From a virus (taxonomy: Duplodnaviria > Caudoviricetes): DNA of 35,929 nucleotides. The DNA lies in the IMG/VR virus record IMGVR_UViG_3300044878_000191, positions 1 to 35,929 of that record. One strand, 5' to 3'. The first letter of the stretch is position 1; each line of letters opens with the position of its first letter. The position numbers and the translations under genes were made by a program. A model generated the notes under the pieces. The model was given only the letters and a program-made list of their open reading frames with translations. It had not been told where the DNA came from and ran no database searches. Positions 17,520 to 25,841 of this stretch are shown here, piece after piece.

Positions 17520-17669
17520 TTTTGTTACGGCGATTTAACACTACATACAAAGCGAATACTGTTAATATAAACAGTTCCCCCATACCAAACAAGATTATTT
17601 GCTTAACTACTATACCATAACACATAACTACATAGCCTACTATTAAGGCTATAATAAAGATACTGTTTC

Positions 17670-17828
17670 TCATTTTATATCGAATAAGGTTATTAAGCCA
17701 CTACATACTAATACAGTACAAATGATCCATAGGATTACTTTGTCTGTACTGTTAAACGTTTCTTTATCCTTTGTATAGTATGCATGACCTATTAAGGATA
17801 CTATGCTAGTTAAAAATATGTATTCCAT
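17670..17828 (-). CDS. Small two-TM membrane protein
   Basis: Start adjusted to MEYIFLT, which has an A-rich upstream region; two hydrophobic segments. Confidence 0.6.
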   Translation of the reverse strand: MEYIFLTSIVSLIGHAYYTKDKETFNSTDKVILWIICTVLVCSGLITLFDIK

Positions 17829-17854
17829 TTTAATTCTGTTTTTAATTTTTATTT

Positions 17855-18475
17855 GCGCCGTTTGTGTACTCGATACACAATGCAAGTCATTAGCTTTCTA
17901 ACGGCAAACCGACTGTTATTTAAGGGAGTTGCGCCCAAAGGTTAACAGACAAACTATATCCACATAGTTGTTTTATGTAAACACGTATTAAATGCGCCCG
18001 ATGTGGCGCAACTTAATTAGCAACTAACTTATAACAGTACACGTACTGAAAAGTTATAATAGTCCTATACATAGACACTGCAAGCCGTAACGCTTCACTG
18101 TTACTATTTTTTTGGCTTGGTTAAAATGCATCCTTAAATGTATAGTTTTACGTCATTGCGTACCTATCCACTAACTAAGATTATCATCCGTAATTTTATA
18201 GTATATCGTTTCTACGTTTATAGTTTTTTAACGGCGCAAAAAAGCGTCAAAACTGTAAACTTACAAGGGCAAAAGCTCGTCTTCCTACCTTACTATAAAA
18301 TACATTAATTCAAATAACGAGTTAATAACACTAACTTAAAATAAAGTTATAACGTACCATTAACCGAAGTACTAAAAATATAGTACTTTTTATTGTATTG
18401 CAAATTTAGTTAAAAGCCTTTGCACCTCTTCACGGTACTGCAACTTTGCAAAGGTACGCAAAGTAATCTTTGCGC
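17855..18475 (-). ncRNA. Candidate large structured non-coding RNA (~620 nt)
   Basis: No credible ORF; more than a dozen nested helices visible by eye; tRNA T-arm/acceptor-like 3' module. Strand inferred from flanking genes. Confidence 0.7.
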
Positions 18476-18489
18476 TATTTATAGAGGTA

Positions 18490-18918
18490 TTACAATTTAA
18501 TACCTCTGTTTTTTAACTGTTTGTTTACGGCTAGCCCTATAAACCATAAACTAAAACGTTTAGTTTCAATACATTTAGTATTGACATTTGCTAAAATGTT
18601 ATCGAATGTAAGACAGTTCTCAATTAATTCACTATTAACAAAGTCATTCATTAAGCCTGATTCTATTGCAAATTTTCTATAGTTTTTTATAGCACCCGAC
18701 AAAGAAAGATTGTTTTCTTTAAAGGCTTTGTTTGCAATCATCAATACTTTGTGAGTACTGTTTTTAAGTTCTACTTTAGAAACTACTTTTGTTAATGGTA
18801 GGTCTTTCTTACTTGCTACGGCTTTTGTACTTACTTTTGCTTTTGTTGCTACTTTTGTAGTTGTTGCAACTTTTACCGCTTCGCTTTTTACTACTGAATT
18901 TTTAACTTTTGTTTGCAT
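18490..18918 (-). CDS. Basic protein with K/A/T/V-rich low-complexity N-terminus
   Basis: KVATTTKVATKAKVSTKAVASKK tail followed by a globular-looking C-terminal domain. Confidence 0.8.
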   Translation of the reverse strand: MQTKVKNSVVKSEAVKVATTTKVATKAKVSTKAVASKKDLPLTKVVSKVELKNSTHKVLMIANKAFKENNLSLSGAIKNYRKFAIESGLMNDFVNSELIENCLTFDNILANVNTKCIETKRFSLWFIGLAVNKQLKNRGIKL

Positions 18919-19056
18919 GGTACAATATTTTAGAATTAGTTTACAATTTTTATTTTTTATTGGGCCAAAGTAAAGATTTTATTTTTTAATACACAAATAA
19001 AAAGTGTTAAATTTTTATACTCTTATTTTTTGTATTCCTTTACTCTTCCAACACTA

Positions 19057-19064
19057 CAAAGATA
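19057..19064 (-). promoter_or_regulatory. Bacteroidota sigma-A -7 element (candidate early promoter)
   Basis: TATCTTTG on the minus strand. Further candidates at 18965-18972 and 19421-19428. Confidence 0.55.
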
Positions 19065-19727
19065 GTATTAAGTTTTAAATAAAAAAGCATAAAATAATTT
19101 TTTTTCTATTGCATATTAAATATTTTTTTCGTATACGCGCGCCCGTGTTCCTATTACTAAAATAAAAAGCCTTAAAAATGCAAATAAAGTTATTTAAACA
19201 AAGATTTTTTATACAAGTGTATCGTAGCATTAAAAATTCGTTTTCGTGTCTTAAAAACAATATTTTGATTATACAAATTATTTATGTTAAAATTTAAAAA
19301 TCCTATTTAATTTATATTTAGAATGAATAAATATAATAAAGTAAGAAAAGAAAGACAAAATAATATAATGTAAGAATGTAAGAATAAATTTGTTAAAATA
19401 GGTGCAAACTGGACCACTCACAAAGGTAAGAATAAAACTACAAAAAGTTTTGAAAAATTAGAAAAGTGTTTTTGTAGGATTTTTTGGATTAATGAAATAG
19501 GGGGCTTGTGGGGGGATTCTCACAAAAGAGCCTGGTCTTTTCCCTATAGTCTACCCACAGAGTATACCGTGAGATGTAAAAAAGTATACCGTTTGATAAA
19601 AAAATATAACTCAAGATGTAAAAATGTATCTCGATATGTAAAAAAAAAAACAGGGTACCCTTATAAAAACAAAACCCCCTATAAAGGAGGTTCATTCTAT
19701 GGTATACAAGGTTTTGTATATTTATAA

Positions 19728-20069
19728 CTATTCTTCGTTTTTACCTTCGACTCTACGATTAATTCTATCTCTTGTTCTTGCGTGTTGCCAATGAATAGCC
19801 TCTTCAATTTTTGTAATAGTTAAAGCGTTTTCACGACAAGGGAAAGCTTCGTTTAAACTTTGAAATAAGCATTTTGTATATTCCAACATATCTAATGCCT
19901 GGACCCCGTTTACACCAACTTCTGAAATTGGGTCGCTTTGAATGGTAAATTTTACAACAGGGGCAACTCCTTTTACATCTTCTAAATTTTCAATTTCAAT
20001 AAATGTTGTTGGAACGTTTGGGTACTGTGAATCATTGTACTTGTTTAATGCTTTTTCTACGTGTCTCAT
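19728..20069 (-). CDS. tad1: Tad1-family anti-defence (nucleotide-signal sponge) protein
   Basis: FPCRENALTITKIEEAIHWQHARTRDRINRRVEG matches the Tad1 C-terminal pattern as recalled (F..RENA.A.T..EEAL.W...R..DR..R.V.G). GV...D.LE motif upstream. Confidence 0.7.
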   Translation of the reverse strand: MRHVEKALNKYNDSQYPNVPTTFIEIENLEDVKGVAPVVKFTIQSDPISEVGVNGVQALDMLEYTKCLFQSLNEAFPCRENALTITKIEEAIHWQHARTRDRINRRVEGKNEE

Positions 20070-20123
20070 TTTTGTGTGTTTATAGATATTCTTTTTATTT
20101 ATTTTTTTTTTTGGTGGCGAAAT

Positions 20124-20390
20124 TTATTTAAGATTATCAAAATATAACTTTATACTTTTTATTTGCCCCTCTAAAATTTTTAATAAAGCCTCCAAAGCTT
20201 CTACATCATGTTTTCTTTTTTTGTCTATTACTTCTAGAATGTTTTCTACTGTGTACTTTAGTGCTCCGAAATCTTCTATTTGTTTATCATAAGTTATTAA
20301 CTGTTCTGTTTCATCTACTAGATCAATTATTAGTTGACTGTAGTTTTCCATTTTGTAGAAGGTATTGTGTGATAGCTGTTCTAGTGTCAT
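20124..20390 (-). CDS. Hypothetical protein
   Basis: ORF track. Confidence 0.7.
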   Translation of the reverse strand: MTLEQLSHNTFYKMENYSQLIIDLVDETEQLITYDKQIEDFGALKYTVENILEVIDKKRKHDVEALEALLKILEGQIKSIKLYFDNLK

Positions 20391-20611
20391 TTCTTATGTA
20401 TTTGTTTTTATTTTTTTGGCAGCGCGATTTTTATTTATCCTCTAGTTACTTCTACTATTACCCCATCTTCTATTTTTAAATTTAGCCTTTCTGGATTATA
20501 GTCGCAAGTTATAATAAGAGGCTTATTGTCTATACTAAGTATTCTATATTTTTTGTCTTTTAGTTTTTGTTGAGCTTCATATAAAGACAGTCCTTCTAAT
20601 CGTTCCATTTT

Positions 20612-20824
20612 TTATTGTTTTATAAATTCTTTTTCCGCGACTCCTAAAATAGGATTTCCAAACTTGTCTAATTCTAAGTGCTCAACTACATTCCATCCAT
20701 AGTCATCGACACCAGAGCCTACATCATCTAGGAACCGCCAACCTCCTTGAGACTCCCACCCAGTTCTACTGTAGTCAGTTTCGTACCAGTCTTGTATGAT
20801 TACCCTTCTTTCTATTATTGTCAT
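20612..20824 (-). CDS. Hypothetical protein
   Basis: ORF track; ATGA overlap. Confidence 0.7.
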   Translation of the reverse strand: MTIIERRVIIQDWYETDYSRTGWESQGGWRFLDDVGSGVDDYGWNVVEHLELDKFGNPILGVAEKEFIKQ

Positions 20825-21054
20825 TTTATAAACTGTTTTAAGTCTACTGCGTTTAAAATACTGTCTTTATCAATCAGTCTTTCAGTATAGTCATAACCGT
20901 TAACCATACTTCTATTCTCTACTATTTTAGCCTTTTTCGCCACAATCTCAAGAAGCTCTTTACACTTCATTTCTGCAAAACCTATTAAGGCCACTTCGAT
21001 TTCTTTTAGGTCTGCCCCTTGCATATTTTCTAATGCGTAGTCTTCTGCTGTCAT
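20821..21054 (-). CDS. Hypothetical protein
   Basis: IDKDSILNA motif, common in Bacteroidota phages. Confidence 0.75.
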   Translation of the reverse strand: MTAEDYALENMQGADLKEIEVALIGFAEMKCKELLEIVAKKAKIVENRSMVNGYDYTERLIDKDSILNAVDLKQFIK

Positions 21055-21064
21055 GTTTTATAAT

Positions 21065-21265
21065 TTATAGTCTATAATCCGTTATTTTAAAAATATATTC
21101 AACGCTATTACCAGGAAAGGGTTCTGTAGGAAATACACATGTTTCTTCAAGAAGCTTCAACCAATCCTCATTGTTTAGTTTTGGAATAGCATCTATATTT
21201 ATAATAAAAAAGTCTGGTAGGAAGTTATATTGTAATCCTAATATTGGGTCGTAGTAGTAGTTCAT
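21065..21265 (-). CDS. Hypothetical protein
   Basis: ORF track. Confidence 0.65.
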   Translation of the reverse strand: MNYYYDPILGLQYNFLPDFFIINIDAIPKLNNEDWLKLLEETCVFPTEPFPGNSVEYIFKITDYRL

Positions 21266-21298
21266 TATTCTATTATTTTTAGTTTTTTGGCGCGCTTT

Positions 21299-21321
21299 AA
21301 AAGAGTTTGGATGCCTCTTTT
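21299..21321 (-). terminator. Possible terminator hairpin
   Basis: AAAAGAG-9nt-CTCTTTT between genes. Confidence 0.4.
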
Positions 21322-21342
21322 TTAATTTATTTCAAGTTTATA

Positions 21343-21624
21343 TTAATCTACCACTTTCAAAAAATTACCACCATTATCCCAAAGAGAAGTTATACCAAAA
21401 GTAACATCCATATCTTCAAAAAATCTTCCAAGGTTCCTTTGTGTTTTTTGGTAGCCTACTAGTTCATCCCCGAACATAATAGGCTCTTGTGTAAAGTAAA
21501 AGTTATCTAAGAACTGATGTTGGTCCTGCAGTAGGCCTCCTTTACTTTTATAGTACTCCCAAAGCCAATTGTTATTTAGCTTTTGAGTGTTCCTCATTTT
21601 TATATACTCTTGTCTTAAGTCCAT
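21343..21624 (-). CDS. Hypothetical protein
   Basis: ORF track. Confidence 0.75.
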   Translation of the reverse strand: MDLRQEYIKMRNTQKLNNNWLWEYYKSKGGLLQDQHQFLDNFYFTQEPIMFGDELVGYQKTQRNLGRFFEDMDVTFGITSLWDNGGNFLKVVD

Positions 21625-21629
21625 CTTTA

Positions 21630-22343
21630 TTATTTTATTTTTGTACCCAGGAAAACTCCTCCTACAACTGCAGCAGGTATTAAAATTTTATTTAAAACAT
21701 TCTTCATCTTCAAATTTTTATTCTGCTTTTCTAGATTAAGTATATTTTGATCCGCTAATTTCTGAAGCTCTTGATACTCCTTTATTTGCTCTTCTGATAA
21801 AAGTAAGGTATGAGCAAGCATCTTTTTTTGATTGTTTAGATTAACAACTGTTGTATCCAGATTTTTTAACTGTTTATCTTTCAAAGGCAGCACTTCGGCC
21901 AATCTGTCTCCCTCCTCTAATTCGCTAGATACGTCCATTGCTGTCTCCACCTCTAGGCCTACTTTATCTCCGACGGCTGTATTTTTTGAAGTAGAGTATC
22001 TTTGATTATAAAATGCAACTAGGCCTGCTAAATCTTTAGGTAACTTTTTTGGAGAATTTAATATCGAAGCTATTTTTTCCTCTAGATTTTTATTACTGTC
22101 CTTTAACGCTTTATTTTCAAAGTCTTTTTTATAAATCTCTTTTTTTATTGAGTCAACGATAAAAACATACTTTTTATTTGATACAATAACACCACCCTTT
22201 TTTTTAGAATACTCCTCCTTTAGAATATCATGTTGGCCCTCTAGCCTATCAAATCTTCTGGTAGTATTATTATATAAAAATACAAATATTAGCAGAGCTA
22301 AAGCTAAAAAAATTATATCTTTAAATTTTTTCAAATTTTCCAT
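21630..22343 (-). CDS. Membrane-anchored coiled-coil protein (spanin-like)
   Basis: N-terminal TM, long coiled coil, hydrophobic C-terminus ILIPAAVVGGVFLG. Confidence 0.55.
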   Translation of the reverse strand: MENLKKFKDIIFLALALLIFVFLYNNTTRRFDRLEGQHDILKEEYSKKKGGVIVSNKKYVFIVDSIKKEIYKKDFENKALKDSNKNLEEKIASILNSPKKLPKDLAGLVAFYNQRYSTSKNTAVGDKVGLEVETAMDVSSELEEGDRLAEVLPLKDKQLKNLDTTVVNLNNQKKMLAHTLLLSEEQIKEYQELQKLADQNILNLEKQNKNLKMKNVLNKILIPAAVVGGVFLGTKIK

Positions 22344-22482
22344 AACTTATAGTTTATAATCTTTAATTTATAATTATTCTGTTTCTACATTAACTACATC
22401 TGCCATCTTCTCCATTGCCTCCTGGAGCTGTGTAAATTTCAACTTATCTTCCTCCCATTCACCTTTAGCTCGTGGCAAAAAA

Positions 22483-22740
22483 TTACGAAGCTCCCCCGTC
22501 TGTTTCATCCAATCGTATAGATTCTTGAATCTCTCTGTTTTCTTCATTTCTATTTAAAAAAGAGTTTATTAAATTTGTATAACTTTCATGTCCAATATCT
22601 CCCCCTGAAAAAGGGACAGTAAACGACTTGCCCTCAACTGTAATCTTAAGGTACTTATCTTCTTTCTCTGTGACCCAACCTACAAAAGAAGCCCCTAAGA
22701 GCTTCTTAAGTGTGTTGAGATAATAATTATGATTTATCAT
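22483..22740 (-). CDS. Hypothetical protein
   Basis: ORF track. Confidence 0.65.
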   Translation of the reverse strand: MINHNYYLNTLKKLLGASFVGWVTEKEDKYLKITVEGKSFTVPFSGGDIGHESYTNLINSFLNRNEENREIQESIRLDETDGGAS

Positions 22741-23150
22741 AAGGTCTCTTCTACTTCTTTAGGAATAGCAACCGCTACGCCCTGTTCAATATTATTCTTA
22801 TGCCAGTGAGTAATTCCGTTTTCTAATTGTAAAGCCCTCATTTCCAAATCCGTAACTATGAAATAATCATCGGGTTTGTAGTTTAAGGCAGTGTTGAAAA
22901 ATGAATTTCCATTATGCAACTCCCAATCAATATCCACTCGCTCTAATTCGTCTGTTTCTTTGTTTCTAATTTCTCTGACGTCTTTAGGATAAGAGGATAA
23001 TACTCCCACTTTTGGTTGTGAAGCTTTTACGGCCCCACAAAAATTTAAAACTCCATAAATAAATTCTACTGGGACTAATAATTCTTGGCCCTCTTTATAC
23101 CCGTACTCTTTAAAGATATCAACGGGATTTAATTCTTCTTTGTTTTCCAT
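22737..23150 (-). CDS. Hypothetical protein
   Basis: ORF track; TAATG coupling. Confidence 0.75.
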   Translation of the reverse strand: MENKEELNPVDIFKEYGYKEGQELLVPVEFIYGVLNFCGAVKASQPKVGVLSSYPKDVREIRNKETDELERVDIDWELHNGNSFFNTALNYKPDDYFIVTDLEMRALQLENGITHWHKNNIEQGVAVAIPKEVEETL

Positions 23151-24025
23151 TATTGTGTTTTAATTTCTATTTCTATTTTTTTAATATACTCTTCATGCTT
23201 TTCTCTTGTGTCTAAATAAGTACCATCTTTTAAATAAAAAATCCTTCTTTCTAAGTCTAAAAATATAGAATTGTGTAGATTTTTATGGTCTTTAATATTT
23301 AAAATAAATACATCTTCTAAATAATCATCGTCGTAATTCCAATGGTGTAATTCAAACTCTCTTGATAGATTTTTGTACTTACGTTTTCTTAAACCCTTAT
23401 ACGTTGAAGTACTTTTCCAAGACTGCCCTTTATTCCATTCTTTTTGGAGCTCTTTATAATTTAACCTACGATATTTATCTCTGTGGCGTTCTCTTTCTTT
23501 TTCTAAGCCTTCTGGAGTTGATGTTTTTAAGTTATTTGTTTGTTTTGCATCACTAATCGTACAACTTTTACACTTTCCTAAATATCCATCTCCCATCTTT
23601 TTATGTCTATAATACTCAGTGACAGGTTTAACTTTTTCGCACTTGAAACACTCTTTTTCAAACTTTACAAATGTCTCAAATAAAACTTCAGAAATAAGCC
23701 CTTCGTTACTTGGATGAGGGTCATGATACAAACTACCGTTTTTATAAACACAAATATGTGTTGTTCCTCTGCTTGTACTACCGGTAACAGTGTAAAAAGA
23801 ATCGTCGTTTAAATGCCCATTTAATTTTTTACATGCCCAGCCTCTTGACTGTAACCAAATTTTTAACAACTCTTCCCAGTTCTTTTCTGAATATTTCTCC
23901 TGAATTTGAATGACATCTTCAGGAGAATCTAAGTCTAAAAAACAAGCTACGACAGTTGGGTAACAATTTCCTAAAACATTAGGTGGTGTATGTAATCTAG
24001 TTTGTTGTAACTTTCTCATATTCAA
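23150..24025 (-). CDS. Two-domain protein: Cys/His/Asp peptidase-like domain fused to Zn-ribbon plus HNH-type endonuclease
   Basis: GNCYPTVVAC...HICV...HDPHP in the N-half; CFKC...CKSC and ELHHWNY...HKNLH in the C-half. Confidence 0.6.
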   Translation of the reverse strand: MNMRKLQQTRLHTPPNVLGNCYPTVVACFLDLDSPEDVIQIQEKYSEKNWEELLKIWLQSRGWACKKLNGHLNDDSFYTVTGSTSRGTTHICVYKNGSLYHDPHPSNEGLISEVLFETFVKFEKECFKCEKVKPVTEYYRHKKMGDGYLGKCKSCTISDAKQTNNLKTSTPEGLEKERERHRDKYRRLNYKELQKEWNKGQSWKSTSTYKGLRKRKYKNLSREFELHHWNYDDDYLEDVFILNIKDHKNLHNSIFLDLERRIFYLKDGTYLDTREKHEEYIKKIEIEIKTQ

Positions 24026-24029
24026 TTAA

Positions 24030-24719
24030 TTAACCGAATGGTAAATCATCTGCCTCTTCTTCTACTTTTTGACTTGGAACAGCTTTTGGTTTTTCTTGTG
24101 GCTGAGGTGTTGCTACTTGTGTATTTGTAGAAGTATTTTTAAATCTTTCTAAAATCTCTGTCAATTTAGCATAGTAAAACTCAGTTTGTTCTGACCAATC
24201 CCAACTTGTATCTCCAGCTACTACTTTTGAAGTTGGTTTTGGGATATCTGCAAATGGAATAAACCCTGTAGACAACCCTTTATTTGCATCGTTTAATCTG
24301 TGTACATAATTGATGTAGATGTTTAACTGTTCTTTGTCCTCTCCTTTTTTATTCTTGTATGTAGATTTAGCAGTAGACAATGTAACCTCTTCTCCAAGGT
24401 CTAATCCATTTAAAGCGGAGATTAACAACTTCACTTCATCTGTATAACCTCCCTTGTTTTTTAAAGGTACAGAAACTTTGTTATTAATGTCACCATCTAC
24501 TAAAGTTAACTCTAAAAATTTAAGAGTTCTACCATCAAACTGAACTTCTTTACTTTCTAGATACTTCGGAGTACCTTTTATACTGCTAAAATACTTGTGG
24601 TAAGTTTTCTTACCTTCAGTTCCATAAGAAACTTCTTCATAACCTTCTGTTGGCTGTTTTTCTTTTAAGTAAAGCTTTCCTTTACCAGAGCTAATGCTAA
24701 AATTGTTGTATGTTGCCAT
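24030..24719 (-). CDS. Putative single-stranded DNA-binding protein
   Basis: Flexible Q/P-rich linker and acidic C-terminal tip EEEADDLPFG. Confidence 0.6.
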   Translation of the reverse strand: MATYNNFSISSGKGKLYLKEKQPTEGYEEVSYGTEGKKTYHKYFSSIKGTPKYLESKEVQFDGRTLKFLELTLVDGDINNKVSVPLKNKGGYTDEVKLLISALNGLDLGEEVTLSTAKSTYKNKKGEDKEQLNIYINYVHRLNDANKGLSTGFIPFADIPKPTSKVVAGDTSWDWSEQTEFYYAKLTEILERFKNTSTNTQVATPQPQEKPKAVPSQKVEEEADDLPFG

Positions 24720-24743
24720 ATCTTTTTTGTTTAATTGTTATTA

Positions 24744-25091
24744 TTAATAGTTTAGTTTGTTATAAATCCTTGTCCACTCCTTACTTTGACTTTCAGTTAA
24801 CTTTGAAAAAGTACCCATCTGAAATTTTTGACTCTCATCTAGCTCTTCCCATTTTACTGGCCATATCCTAAAATATACAAAGCCAAAAAATAAAGCTGTT
24901 AAATCTAAAATATAAAAGGTCCATAAAATTGGAGAAGGCTCTGGATAATCAGGTGTAAAGAAGATTAATGTAAACCCAGTAAGTAAGAACAAAGGAAATA
25001 TTACCCTTGAGGCTCTAGGTGCATTAAATTTTTTACCAAAAATTGTTATAAAATAATCTAATGCAAAATGTTTTACTATTAATTTTCTCAT
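24744..25091 (-). CDS. Membrane protein (2 TM)
   Basis: Two hydrophobic segments. Confidence 0.7.
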   Translation of the reverse strand: MRKLIVKHFALDYFITIFGKKFNAPRASRVIFPLFLLTGFTLIFFTPDYPEPSPILWTFYILDLTALFFGFVYFRIWPVKWEELDESQKFQMGTFSKLTESQSKEWTRIYNKLNY

Positions 25092-25396
25092 TACAATGAT
25101 AATTTTAGTTTTGCCTTAAAATAGTCTTCAATGTTTTTACGGAGCTCTACGTACTCAAACCATCTTTCTGCTTTTTTAATCTCCTCTTCCTTGTCCGCTT
25201 TAAATCTTTCTAATGGAGAAGGTGCTGATGTGGATCCAGAGCAGCAGGCAGAGCTGACATATCCCAAGGTTACTGACCCTGTTACAAACGAAGAGTTTTG
25301 GTATTCTTGGTAATTACTGAGCTCTTCTGGTTTTTCTGAGAACTCCTTACTGAGCTCCGCAAACCTTAAAATTTTTTGTTCAATGTTTGTTTCCAT
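25091..25396 (-). CDS. Hypothetical protein
   Basis: ORF track. Confidence 0.7.
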   Translation of the reverse strand: METNIEQKILRFAELSKEFSEKPEELSNYQEYQNSSFVTGSVTLGYVSSACCSGSTSAPSPLERFKADKEEEIKKAERWFEYVELRKNIEDYFKAKLKLSL

Positions 25397-25435
25397 TTTT
25401 AATTTTTGTTTTTTACTATTTTTGATTTCATTTTA

Positions 25436-25466
25436 CAAATATACGAATAAGTTTTTAATTACGCAA
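25436..25466 (-). promoter_or_regulatory. Bacteroidota sigma-A promoter
   Basis: TTG-N20-TATATTTG. Confidence 0.75.
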
Positions 25467-25488
25467 GTGTGAAACTATTTTTATTTAA

Positions 25489-25839
25489 TTACTTGTGATA
25501 TATTTGCCACATAATCTCGTCTATAGTTTCTTTTACTTGAAAGGTGTCTCCATTTTTTGTGTAAACCGTGGCACCAAAATCTCTATCATCAGAGGCCCAT
25601 GATATCTCTTCCTCTTTTACAATTAAAGGTAAAAACACGTCTTCTAAATCTTTTTTACTAATAAAAGCAAATCCTTCTTCATCTATTTTTAAAGATGTAT
25701 TTTTAGAAAAAGGGATTCCTAGTGATTCACACTGTTCTCTAGTTAATCCTTCTTCTTCTTCAGCAAAAGCTGCAGTATCAATTTTTTCTTGAGTTTCTTT
25801 ATTAGGTACTGTAATTCTTTGAGTTAATCTTAGTATCAT
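25489..25839 (-). CDS. Hypothetical protein
   Basis: ORF track. Confidence 0.75.
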   Translation of the reverse strand: MILRLTQRITVPNKETQEKIDTAAFAEEEEGLTREQCESLGIPFSKNTSLKIDEEGFAFISKKDLEDVFLPLIVKEEEISWASDDRDFGATVYTKNGDTFQVKETIDEIMWQIYHK

Positions 25840-25841
25840 AT

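Noticed and set aside
17829-17885. N-terminal extension of ORF 17670-17885
   Set aside because: It overlaps the structured RNA 3' module. ATG 17828 has the typical A-rich context.
19075-19695. Minus-strand ORFs 19075-19260 and 19489-19695
   Set aside because: Low-complexity F/I/L-rich translations of AT-rich regulatory DNA with no convincing coding character.
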